From an uncultured virus (IMG/VR IMGVR_UViG_3300020045_010788) (taxonomy: Duplodnaviria > Heunggongvirae > Uroviricota > Caudoviricetes): DNA of 64,000 nucleotides. Of the stretch, positions 28,312-37,566 are shown one piece after another. The DNA is taken from IMG/VR virus record IMGVR_UViG_3300020045_010788. One strand, 5' to 3'. Both the position numbers and the translations under genes were made by a program. Every line of letters begins with the position of its first letter. Position 1 is the first letter of the stretch. A model generated the notes under the pieces. It ran no database searches and was not told the DNA's origin. It saw only the letters and a program-made list of their open reading frames with translations.

Positions 28312-29115
28312 TTATTTTGATAAATAAAATCCGTTACTGTCTTTAATATATTTAATCCCGTTATAATATATACTTCTAACTCCAGTACGATATTCTTTTT
28401 GAATCTTTTCAAACATTTTCCAATTTTTTGTTGCATAATCAACCTTCCATTTACAAAAAACGTCACCACCAATATCAATATGGTCAATGTCAATATGGGG
28501 TAAAAATACGTTTTTAAATCCGGCGATCCTTACACGTAATGAGGAAAAACTGTCATCAAACCCATACAATGTATGTTGATATAAATAACCTATTTTATCA
28601 ATAATGGCTGGTGAATACATATTACACGTACCCATCATGTGGTTTACTTCTTCGACAATAATCCACTTTTCACCACGTTCATGTTTTAATGGAATTAACT
28701 TAGACTCATTTTCGCCTACTGGCCATTCAGTTAGATCGCGTCTTTTTAATCCTACTACGCCTATGGATTTGTCTTTAGTAAACACGTTTTCCATTTCATC
28801 AACCCAATTGTCATGGTTAACTACTACGTCGTTGTCCATCTTTATGCAAAAATGATTTTTATTCCTAAGCTTCCAAGCCTTATTAATAGCATTGGCTGTA
28901 CCAATATTATCTCCGTTAATAATTAGTCTCCAAATTAACCCCTTATATTTTTTATATAATAATTGGGTTTTATCGCATGAACCATTGTCTGAAATTACAA
29001 TCTTGTGTTTTTTCAAATCAACTCTTTCTGATAATGAAATAAGCGTCCTTTCAGTATAATCAGTTCTTTTATTTTGATCGGTATCGTATACCGCTAAAGC
29101 AATCAGTGTAGACAT
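28312..29115 (-). CDS. glycosyltransferase family 2 (paralog B)
   Basis: Same motifs as, and closely similar to, 27482-28303. Confidence 0.85.
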   Translation of the reverse strand: MSTLIALAVYDTDQNKRTDYTERTLISLSERVDLKKHKIVISDNGSCDKTQLLYKKYKGLIWRLIINGDNIGTANAINKAWKLRNKNHFCIKMDNDVVVNHDNWVDEMENVFTKDKSIGVVGLKRRDLTEWPVGENESKLIPLKHERGEKWIIVEEVNHMMGTCNMYSPAIIDKIGYLYQHTLYGFDDSFSSLRVRIAGFKNVFLPHIDIDHIDIGGDVFCKWKVDYATKNWKMFEKIQKEYRTGVRSIYYNGIKYIKDSNGFYLSK

Positions 29116-29163
29116 ATTATTTTCCGTTTATGAATCCATTGTAAATTTTAACACGCCATCATA

Positions 29164-29433
29164 TTATGATACTAATCTTCCATCGTTGCAGTTGCCACTA
29201 TTTAAATCAGCCTGAATATCCGCTCTCCTTTTTTCTACAAATTGCTGTCTTTTTAAGATAGCATCCTTTAAGTACTCCGGCAAGCATTCATGTGATATTT
29301 TACCTACCGTATTATCAGGGTTTATCTTAAACCAATAAGGAATAAATACCCACTTCTCTCCATTCACGTTTATAGGAGACGACCCGTTATGGATAATGAA
29401 ATTCATCTCAATATCAGTTAGCTTTTCCATCAT
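29164..29433 (-). CDS. hypothetical protein
   Basis: 89 aa, preceded by a TACTTTTG element. Confidence 0.5.
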   Translation of the reverse strand: MMEKLTDIEMNFIIHNGSSPINVNGEKWVFIPYWFKINPDNTVGKISHECLPEYLKDAILKRQQFVEKRRADIQADLNSGNCNDGRLVS

Positions 29434-29534
29434 TTAGCACTTTTAGACTTACCAAAAGTATGTAATTGATATGACATAAAAAAATAAGACACCAATTATT
29501 TGATGCCTTACTTGTGTGTGCATTGTGCGTTGGG

Positions 29535-29777
29535 CTACGATGCGGCTTCTTCGTGTAAAGCGGCTGCTGTTTCAGATGCGTAATAACTTACAGTGCCAAA
29601 TCCTTCTTTATAAACAATCTGACTATTTACTGTTGCATACGCGCTTTGTGGGCCACATACTGCTGGTACTATACGGGTTATGTCATTCGTATTAAATACC
29701 TGGGCTTGTTTAGCCGATGACACAGTTTCCACTGCCCCGTCGTCCCTAACAATTACTGTTGCTCTTAATAATCCCAT
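29535..29777 (-). CDS. small putative virion protein
   Basis: 80 aa from MGLLRAT, A/V/T-rich; own promoter and CAACGCAC leader like the capsid genes. Confidence 0.45.
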   Translation of the reverse strand: MGLLRATVIVRDDGAVETVSSAKQAQVFNTNDITRIVPAVCGPQSAYATVNSQIVYKEGFGTVSYYASETAAALHEEAAS

Positions 29778-29890
29778 TTTTCGTGTGAGTTTTGTGCGTT
29801 GATAATGAGGCAAAGATAACATTTATATTAATATTATTTCTTAACTTTACAATACAGATGCTTTAGATAATCAACCATAATAGACTGTAA

Positions 29891-30862
29891 ATGATTTCAA
29901 TATTAGAAATTGAAGGCCACGACACCGATCCTTGTTCATTTTATAGAGGCAGAGAACCTCTCGCTCAAATAGCTAGAGACCCTAAATACCAAGTAACTCC
30001 AATGGTTGGTAATATAAGTTGGGCATGGATGAGTTTTTACGATATAGTTTTTCTTCAAAGGCCGGCCGATGATTACCAATTAAATATCATTAATCTAGCT
30101 AAATCAATGAATAAAAAGGTTTGGGTTGATTATGATGACGACCTTATTAATATTCCTGATACCCATCCCAAGGATTTACGGATTTACTATAATAGTAAAA
30201 AGCGGATCATCGAGCAAATAATATCACTCGCTGATGTTGTAACTGTTTCTACGGAAAACTTAAAAGAGAAAATATCTAAGCATAATAAAAATATAACGGT
30301 TATCCCGAATTGCCATAATGACTATATTTTCCCCTTAAAGTATAAGGCTAAGTTTACTAATAACAATAAGGTTTTCTGGAGGGGAAATAAAACGCACGAA
30401 CATGATATTTATGTTTACCGAGATGCAATTAACAGAGCGGTTAAAAAAAATAGGCAGTTTTATTTTTTAGGAGAGAATTTTATCTTCTTAGATAAAAACG
30501 AGAACGTCCATTACGAATCCACAATGTCTCTAATGGACTATTTTATGTATATCAAAAAATTAAATGCCTCGTTACTAGTTGTCCCGCTTGCTGAAAATGA
30601 ACTCAATTTTTCTAAAAGCAACATAAGCTGGCTCGAAGGGACTTATTCGGGATCAGCATGCATTATTCCTAACTTTGGTGATTTTGAAAATTGTCCGGGG
30701 CTAAAATATTCTAACGAAGACATGTTTGAGTATCTACTCAATAAATCCGAACGTGAAAACTTAGCCCCGTACAATAAAGATAGCTGGGAATATATTTGCG
30801 ACAACCTGCTCCTGAGTAATGCTAATAAAAAAAGAATAGAGATTATTGAGTCGTTAGCTTAA
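29891..30862 (+). CDS. GT-B fold (GT4-like) glycosyltransferase
   Basis: FYRGREP..DIVFLQR..VWVDYDDDL..ADVVTVSTENL..VIPN..VPLAENELNFSKSNISWLE. Confidence 0.75.
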   Translation: MISILEIEGHDTDPCSFYRGREPLAQIARDPKYQVTPMVGNISWAWMSFYDIVFLQRPADDYQLNIINLAKSMNKKVWVDYDDDLINIPDTHPKDLRIYYNSKKRIIEQIISLADVVTVSTENLKEKISKHNKNITVIPNCHNDYIFPLKYKAKFTNNNKVFWRGNKTHEHDIYVYRDAINRAVKKNRQFYFLGENFIFLDKNENVHYESTMSLMDYFMYIKKLNASLLVVPLAENELNFSKSNISWLEGTYSGSACIIPNFGDFENCPGLKYSNEDMFEYLLNKSERENLAPYNKDSWEYICDNLLLSNANKKRIEIIESLA

Positions 30863-30866
30863 AATT

Positions 30867-31340
30867 CTACGCCTTTTTATCTTCAACCTTAATGTTGTAC
30901 TTAGATTTAATCTCGGTTACAATTGCGTTTATATCGCCTAGACTAAACTCGTCCTGCCTTTCCATTACCGACTCGTATATTCGGATTATAGTCTCAGATA
31001 CAGGTTCATCTACGATCAATCCGGCCAATGTTAAGGCCGATTTAATGTACTTTACTTTTTGGTCTTGTGTCATTTTGTTTATTTTTTTATATTTAGAAAA
31101 ATTGTTTGACAGCCTTAATTGATTTAAAAATATTACAGACTCGCTTGAATAAAGGAGATTAATGTTTTTTAAGCATTCAGGAGGACCAAAATCTGTCGAT
31201 TTGTAATCTGTCCCATATTTGTTTTTGAAGTATTCATCAGTATGAATAGCGGGATGATACCCTACGCATATTTCATGAGTGATTTTATCTATCCAGCTCC
31301 CATCAGGCAATACCTTTTCAGTATCATCTACAAATATCAT
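30867..31340 (-). CDS. hypothetical protein
   Basis: 157 aa ORF. Confidence 0.45.
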   Translation of the reverse strand: MIFVDDTEKVLPDGSWIDKITHEICVGYHPAIHTDEYFKNKYGTDYKSTDFGPPECLKNINLLYSSESVIFLNQLRLSNNFSKYKKINKMTQDQKVKYIKSALTLAGLIVDEPVSETIIRIYESVMERQDEFSLGDINAIVTEIKSKYNIKVEDKKA

Positions 31341-31346
31341 TTAATT

Positions 31347-31559
31347 TTATTTTTTATCTATAAATGTTTTCTCAGTTAAATCTATACCATCTAAAGAGTT
31401 TATAAACTTATTTACGTTTATGCTTACGCTTGATTCATCGCACATAACCACAATATAACAATTTCCGTGTCCCCTGACCCTGAATGTTCTTATATTCATA
31501 GCCATTGGCTTATCCGATAATTGTTCTATTTCTGGAATAAAGTCTTTTATGTATTTCAT
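31347..31559 (-). CDS. hypothetical protein
   Basis: 70 aa, coupled. Confidence 0.45.
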   Translation of the reverse strand: MKYIKDFIPEIEQLSDKPMAMNIRTFRVRGHGNCYIVVMCDESSVSINVNKFINSLDGIDLTEKTFIDKK

Positions 31560-32035
31560 TTATTGTAGTCTTTAATCCTTATGTTTTCAACTGGGACATT
31601 GAACTTTTTAGCTATGTCATCCATCGTAATTTCATTTGTTACGCCTTTGGGATCACATAATTTCCATCCCTGCGCATCAAGCTCTGATTCAGCAACAATG
31701 TAGTCAAATTTATTGAAATCCGATTCAGTTGACATAAAATAACAACATCCAGCCGATCCTAATATTTTTAGCCTTGTTCCCTTAGGGCTTACGATAAAAT
31801 TTCCTTCTTTGTATTTCATAGTATTTAGTTTTAAAAAATCTTCTGATGACATGATACTTACTCCATAAATATAATTTACAATGCTAATAAAGCCAGTATT
31901 ATTTAGAGCAACCACCACACTTGGCCCCTCCCATGCATACCATTTAATCGACCAAGCATATCCCATTTTCTCAGCTTTAGATATTACGTTAGTGACATCC
32001 TGCTGACTATCACATTTAATATAATACTCTTTCAT
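31556..32035 (-). CDS. hypothetical protein, possibly 5'-truncated by the IS
   Basis: C-terminal EITMDDIAKKFNVPVENIRIK; becomes in frame with ATG 33402 once the IS is removed. Confidence 0.6.
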   Translation of the reverse strand: MKEYYIKCDSQQDVTNVISKAEKMGYAWSIKWYAWEGPSVVVALNNTGFISIVNYIYGVSIMSSEDFLKLNTMKYKEGNFIVSPKGTRLKILGSAGCCYFMSTESDFNKFDYIVAESELDAQGWKLCDPKGVTNEITMDDIAKKFNVPVENIRIKDYNK

Positions 32036-32052
32036 GGGTTCTTTTTTATTAA

Positions 32053-33301
32053 CTCATGTTACGCAGACATTTAAGTCTGAAATTATTGATATTTAGAATA
32101 CTATTTGCGAATAGTTGAAAATTAGGCAATTTTGCAATATGTTAAACTTTAATTGCTTAGTATATGAGCCAGTCGCAAATTATTGATCTGTATACAGATT
32201 ATCTGCTTTGTTCTTTTACAACAGCATCATCAACCGTAATGTCAAGAATGTTACAAAATTCGTTAAGCCATGACCAAATTACTCGTTTTTTATCTAAGCG
32301 GGACTTCACCGCCAAAGAATACTGGCTCGGTATAAAGCCAATAGTTCGTGAAATTGAAAATGACAATGGATTCATTATTGTTGATGATACCATTGAAGAG
32401 AAACCCTATACTGATGAGAACAATATTGTTTGCTATCATTACGATCACACTAAAGGTTATAGTATCAAAGGTATCAATATTGTCAATTTCATGTACTATG
32501 CCGATAATGTAAAGGATGATTTCTGTTTGCCTGTTGCTTTTGAAATTGTTTCAAAGACAGAGACATTTGTTGACCCAAAAACAAATAAACAAAAACGTAA
32601 AAGCGATACAACCAAGAATGAACTGCTTAGAAACCGGCTTAAAGTTCTAATCCAACAAAATCAAGTGAAATGCAAATACGTTTTGTTTGATATTTGGTTT
32701 TCCTCGAAGGAAAATATGGAATTCATTAAAATTGATCTTCAAAAAGATTTTGTTTGCGCTATCAAGGATAATCGACTTGTAGCCCTTTCTTATGATGATA
32801 AGCTAAAAGGTAAGTTTGTTAAAATATCGGACATGAATATAACCGCCGGGGAAACCCATAAGGTTTATTTGAAAGGTTTGGAATTCCCAGTAATACTAAC
32901 CAAACAAGTCTTTACAAACAAAGACCATTCAACCGGCGAATTATATCTTGTTACCAGCGATATTGAACAGAATTATCAACAGCTCACAAAAACCTATCAA
33001 AAACGATGGATAATTGAGCCTTATCATAAATCGCTCAAACAAAATGCAGCTTTGGAGAAATCACCAACAAAAACTCAAAGAACTCAATCGAATCATATCT
33101 TTTGTTCCGTATTAGCATATGTAAAGCTTGAAAAACTTCGAATATCAACCAATATGAATCATTTTGCACTAAAAAGTCAACTATATTTGACTGCATTAAA
33201 ATCTTGTTTTGTTGCAATAACAGCAATCAAAGAAAAACATGCAATTCAGTTATCATTGAACATCTAAATAAATTCAGACATTTTTGTCTGCGTAACATGA
33301 G
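32053..33301 (+). mobile_element. insertion sequence (1249 bp, IS701-like DDE)
   Basis: Terminal inverted repeats CTCATGTTACGCAGACA (17 bp perfect, ~29 bp imperfect); 7-bp direct repeat TTATTAA at 32046-52 and 33302-08. Confidence 0.9.
32164..33267 (+). CDS. tnp: DDE transposase (IS701-like)
   Basis: SHDQITRFL, IIVDDTIEEKPY, VLFDIWF, YQKRWIIEPYHKSLKQ catalytic motifs. Confidence 0.9.
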   Translation: MSQSQIIDLYTDYLLCSFTTASSTVMSRMLQNSLSHDQITRFLSKRDFTAKEYWLGIKPIVREIENDNGFIIVDDTIEEKPYTDENNIVCYHYDHTKGYSIKGINIVNFMYYADNVKDDFCLPVAFEIVSKTETFVDPKTNKQKRKSDTTKNELLRNRLKVLIQQNQVKCKYVLFDIWFSSKENMEFIKIDLQKDFVCAIKDNRLVALSYDDKLKGKFVKISDMNITAGETHKVYLKGLEFPVILTKQVFTNKDHSTGELYLVTSDIEQNYQQLTKTYQKRWIIEPYHKSLKQNAALEKSPTKTQRTQSNHIFCSVLAYVKLEKLRISTNMNHFALKSQLYLTALKSCFVAITAIKEKHAIQLSLNI

Positions 33302-33406
33302 TTATTAAGTAACGTTTCAACATAAACCCCGCCACCAAATCTTACGGATGTGGTTCTATATTTGGGATCAATAAAGTTTCTAATGTCAAAATTGGATTTC
33401 ATAATA

Positions 33407-33667
33407 TTATTTCCCTTCTGATAATTGATGTAAATCCCAAATAGCCTGCAATTCCAACCAATATTCAGGGATACTATCACCCAACGCCTTCGATATTCTA
33501 TGAGCCAGCACCGTTGTTATTCGTCTTCGGCCCTGTATAAGATCACAAAAATGGCTTTGGTACATTTTTATTCCCTTCGCAAACTTCTTATGAACGATAT
33601 TCCTTTTCCTCAATTCTTCTCTCAGGTAATCTCCTGGATGTTTAATCTTTGACATATATGATTTCAA
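33407..33667 (-). CDS. HigA-like HTH (XRE) protein
   Basis: HPGDYLREEL..FAKGI..LIQGRRRIT..A.RISKALG....WLELQ..WDL. Confidence 0.8.
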   Translation of the reverse strand: MKSYMSKIKHPGDYLREELRKRNIVHKKFAKGIKMYQSHFCDLIQGRRRITTVLAHRISKALGDSIPEYWLELQAIWDLHQLSEGK

Positions 33668-33725
33668 TAGGTTTATTTATTATCATACTGATAGTTGACT
33701 ATTGTGAATATTGCGTATATAAACG

Positions 33726-34388
33726 TTAACTGCAAGCAAAAGAAGCGTCCGTGCGTTCAAATTCGTAAACCCAAACAAAAGGGTTTTTATCCCATGAACC
33801 ATTTCCGTTAATTAAGTTCCATAATCCTTCGTATTTTCCACGATTTGAAACATTATATCCCGGATATAAATCAAGCGTTTCTACTCCCTCTGCTTTTGCA
33901 TCACTTTCACTAATATCATTGAGCCTTTCAATCTTTATGCCTTTAATTTTCAAAAAAAATCTACATGCTTCTTTAGGCATAAATATTGAAGGTTTCCAAT
34001 TACCAGTAGCTTTATTTTCGGTATCAGCTTTATAAAATACCATATTTGGAGGTAAAATTTGAAATGTTTCACGAACCCAAAGAATGTCACCAACTTTATA
34101 TTTGCATTTAATGGCTGTAATAATTTCAAATCTATCAGGATTCGTGCCTATTAACTTTTTTTGTATAAAGTCAAATCCTTTATAATGGTTGCACGGTTCA
34201 ATTACAGAGCCTTTTTTAATGTCAGGTTCAGGTTTAATTATTCGCCTTGTTTGTGTTTTTTCGCCTCTCAAAATAGCCTGTACCATAGGAGTAGAAAAAA
34301 GAATCGGTTTAAAATTGCCAGCAGTTAACACAGCATCATACGCCATGTTGGGCGCATCGGTAACTTGTAAGTTTTGTTCTCGTATCAT
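33726..34388 (-). CDS. ASCH/PUA-like phage protein (cassette gene)
   Basis: KPILFSTPMVQAILRGEKTQTRR, GDILWVRET, WKPSIFMPKEACR, ERLNDISESDAKAEG, WDKNPFVWVYEF. Confidence 0.75.
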   Translation of the reverse strand: MIREQNLQVTDAPNMAYDAVLTAGNFKPILFSTPMVQAILRGEKTQTRRIIKPEPDIKKGSVIEPCNHYKGFDFIQKKLIGTNPDRFEIITAIKCKYKVGDILWVRETFQILPPNMVFYKADTENKATGNWKPSIFMPKEACRFFLKIKGIKIERLNDISESDAKAEGVETLDLYPGYNVSNRGKYEGLWNLINGNGSWDKNPFVWVYEFERTDASFACS

Positions 34389-34451
34389 ATTTTAGTGTTT
34401 ATTGATAATTTTGTTCTTCGTAATCCAACACGGCGCATATGCGAACCGTTA
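34326..34451. repeat. attC-like imperfect hairpin site 2 (126 bp)
   Basis: TAAC..GTTA; arms GCAT(C)ATACGCCATGTTGG / CCAACACGGCGCATATGC with one extrahelical base. Confidence 0.75.
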
Positions 34452-34500
34452 GTACCAATGCAAGAACGCTACTTGCAACGTCCGTGCATTGGTTGTTAGT

Positions 34501-34824
34501 TTACTTGTATTTGATAGTTTTTAGGAACGAATACAATTCAGGTTGTTCAATTTTATTTTCATCAAAGTTTGCAAAGTTCATTCGTATAGTTGCTTCAATA
34601 GCAATTCTATCGTCTGCACTTGCTTTATTCCATTCATGGTGCAGTTTAATAAGTTCCTGTCGTTTGCCTTCAACATAGCTTTGAGTATTTTCAAATACTT
34701 CCCGTTGTGCATTTGCTTTTCGAACTCCCCAAAATCGTGTACCAAATATCTCAAATTCATTGGCTGCAAAAATCAAAGCAAATAAGCCAATAATTGAAGC
34801 GATTGTTACTAATACTATTCTCAT
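34501..34824 (-). CDS. membrane-anchored protein (cassette gene)
   Basis: N-terminal TM; NAQREVFENTQSYVEGK motif; paired with the adjacent lipoprotein. Confidence 0.65.
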   Translation of the reverse strand: MRIVLVTIASIIGLFALIFAANEFEIFGTRFWGVRKANAQREVFENTQSYVEGKRQELIKLHHEWNKASADDRIAIEATIRMNFANFDENKIEQPELYSFLKTIKYK

Positions 34825-34826
34825 GG

Positions 34827-35324
34827 TTATTGTAGTTTAAATGGTGAAACAAGTACTTTAGGCTCAATATAAACAGGGCGTGGTTCTTTTGTGTCTGGGT
34901 CAATCATAAGCAACCAAGTTCCATCGGCACTCGCTGGCATAAATAATCCATTTGGGTCTGCCTGTGGTAAATTATGATGAACACTTGAAGCTGTTGATTG
35001 ATATATGTCAACTTCGGGGTTCGTGTATTGCGTTGCATAAGGCAAGCCATACCCAATACATTTGCCAATGAATACAGGCTTACCAGTCATTTCAGCCACT
35101 ATATAAGCATAGCAAACTAAGTTTTCTTGGTCTCTAAGCTCATAAATCATTTTCATTAATTTCCGCTCTTGAAAATTCTTTATTGCTGGCATTCCTGCCT
35201 GTCTGTTTGCCTCTTGCATAAGTTGTTCTTGTTTTTGTCCAAGTTCTCTATTGGAATTTGGCTGTTGTTCACAACTCGAAAGCAGTAATAAAACTGCAAC
35301 TACACTAAAAATCATTTTTTTCAT
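34827..35324 (-). CDS. lipoprotein (cassette gene)
   Basis: Lipobox LLLSSC; GKCIGYGLPYATQYTNP..PQADPNGLF motif. Confidence 0.75.
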   Translation of the reverse strand: MKKMIFSVVAVLLLLSSCEQQPNSNRELGQKQEQLMQEANRQAGMPAIKNFQERKLMKMIYELRDQENLVCYAYIVAEMTGKPVFIGKCIGYGLPYATQYTNPEVDIYQSTASSVHHNLPQADPNGLFMPASADGTWLLMIDPDTKEPRPVYIEPKVLVSPFKLQ

Positions 35325-35380
35325 TTTCTTTTGTTTTAAATTGTTAATATATAAGTAATTAAATAAAAATGCACTGGTAC

Positions 35381-35506
35381 TAACACCCGCTCATACGTAA
35401 TGCGGGTTTATTACTAAATTCGAGCATACTGCCTCGCTCGTAGGCTTTGCGTAGTTTGATAGTGTGTAGCACGTAATCCCGCACTGAAATATAGCGTCAA
35501 ACGTTA
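35381..35506. repeat. attC-like imperfect hairpin site 3 (126 bp)
   Basis: TAAC..GTTA; arms CGCT(C)ATACGTAATGCGGG / CCCGCACTGAAATATAGCG. Confidence 0.7.
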
Positions 35507-36833
35507 AGTGTAAGCAGAGAAACACCCCTGCCTACACTTGTACTTTTACTGGATTTCAGAAGCCGACATGTAACAAGTATTTGTTGTTACATGTGTATTT
35601 AATACGTTTCCAGTTGTCATTGCCCCAAATACTAAATTATTATCTAAGCCTTTTGAAATCGGATTTGACCGAAAGTTCCCAGTTGAAAAACTTCCGTTTA
35701 TTAAAATCAAATCCGTTACTAAAAAGGGCGAACAGCAATTTGTAATTGGTCTAACTTATCAACATATTCCTCTGGTATTTCACGGCTTGCAGCCATAAAA
35801 GCTGCTTTTTCGTCATTTACCAATACAGTTTTTAAGTCAACTACAAGTTTTGCTGTTCATCGTATACATGCCTTTCTTGCCTTATTTCTTCTATGTCCGC
35901 ATTAGTCATAACATTATTATTTTCTATTAAATAAGCTATCGGTGTTTTATTTATACCCCAATCATTATTAAACCTACCAACAACAATAGATGAACAACCT
36001 TTTATTTTTATCCATCGCATCCAATAATTTTAATAACCGTAACTTATTACCCTCTGGCTCTATATTAAGTTCAACCCAACAACGAGCGGCCCAATATTCT
36101 TTGGTCTTGAATATATCCCCCCAACTCCTCCAAACGAATTGCCCTCTGGATCATCCATCTATGTATCCCACTCTAAATCATTTGTCATATAAAATTCTAC
36201 ATCCCCTGTATGCCTTTGTGTCTCAAAATCCTTAAAACGCTCCGTTTTAATCCTTCCTCCATCCGCCCTATCTAATAGTATACATGGATATATATTTAAT
36301 CCCATAATCTTCTTATTTTGCCCCACAAACTTAATCCTTTTATTTTAAAATTACAAATAAAGTGTAATTATTAACCCTGCAATAGCGTGCCAGTATCATC
36401 CACTATTATGCAATCACCTTAATTTCACATAAATAAAAAAATAAAATATTATACACCCCAGCCCAAAATAAAAAATATACAACCCAATATGCTATTAGTC
36501 ATGCAAATACATTGAAATAAGGGTTAGTGGAGGGTTAGATGGGGACTTAGTATATCATAACAAGGGCAGCGTAACTGATATGGAAAGTGCTTTTTGCGAA
36601 CCCGCCCCCGGTCACTGGGCAAATGGCAACCGGTTAAGCTTTAAACTGGAATTGTGAAACAGTAATTGGGATTACGGGATAAACTGGAATAGAAAAGCCC
36701 ATCCTATTGGCGGTAAGCTGGGCAAGTAGCATATTATATATGATACTTATTTAGTGAATAATGTTTCATATTGAAAGTTAAACACGGTATTTGCTTTCGA
36801 TTACGCGAATCGTTCGGGAACCAAACTATCAAA

Positions 36834-37394
36834 TTAAAACTTTATCATATAGCCTTTATATGGAATGCCGTGATCACAATATGTCTTTTGTGCTAAAAAT
36901 AACATGGTTCTGCCTATCCCAAGAAAACCAGCAGCTTTCTGTACTGAGTTGATCTGCCTGAAAAGCTTACCGTTCTTATATAAACTTACCTTTTTGTATT
37001 TTGCGTTAGCCATCTTTATTTTAGTTTCTAACGAAGGAGACGGCCGTGTCTTACCCTTCCACCAGCAGCCCCTATTTCCCAACTTAAAAGACTTGCGCAC
37101 ATTATCCGCGTGAGTAATCCATTGCAGGTTGCTGTAATGATTATTGCCTTTGTTCTCGTCAATATGGTCTATTTCGTATTTTAAACCATCATTTGGGCAT
37201 GGTCCCAAATAAGTTAAGGCTACTAACCTATGGACTAATTTATGCCTACCATTTAGCGTATAAGTATAATAGCCCAATCTGGCCTTATTCGGCTTAATCC
37301 ACGCTTTTCTCTTAATATTGTATATTAATCCATTTGGGGTTATTTCGTAATTCTCGTAACCAGGAATAGGTCTTTTTTCTATTAGCATTTTCAT
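36834..37394 (-). CDS. HNH homing endonuclease (NUMOD4-HNH type)
   Basis: RPIPGYENYEIT..G; VHRLVA..IDHIDENKGNNHYSNLQWITHADN. Confidence 0.85.
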   Translation of the reverse strand: MKMLIEKRPIPGYENYEITPNGLIYNIKRKAWIKPNKARLGYYTYTLNGRHKLVHRLVALTYLGPCPNDGLKYEIDHIDENKGNNHYSNLQWITHADNVRKSFKLGNRGCWWKGKTRPSPSLETKIKMANAKYKKVSLYKNGKLFRQINSVQKAAGFLGIGRTMLFLAQKTYCDHGIPYKGYMIKF

Positions 37395-37514
37395 AATATT
37401 CAGTATTTATAAGGGCAAAGATAGGCAAAGTATTTAACATGAGGTAGTTTTCATACTATAAATTATAGGCTATACATAAACAATCATCACACTGTAATAC
37501 TGCATATTAGTACC

Positions 37515-37566
37515 TTATTTAGAATGAATGTAAATAAGGAATATTATTTAGAATTAGTCTAAATAA
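37515..37566. promoter_or_regulatory. two tandem palindromic operator-like boxes
   Basis: TTATTTAGAATGAATGTAAATAA (37515-37) and the perfect 9-5-9 palindrome TTATTTAGA-ATTAG-TCTAAATAA (37544-66). Confidence 0.5.

Noticed and set aside
33274..33480. 68-aa ORF as an independent gene
   Set aside because: Its 3' end comes from the IS terminal repeat and its 5' part overlaps the HigA-like gene; better explained as the 5' fragment of the interrupted gene
37432..37459. dif-like Xer site (ATTTAACATGA-N6-...)
   Set aside because: Only the XerD-like half resembles the consensus; the XerC half is poor and the region is AT-rich
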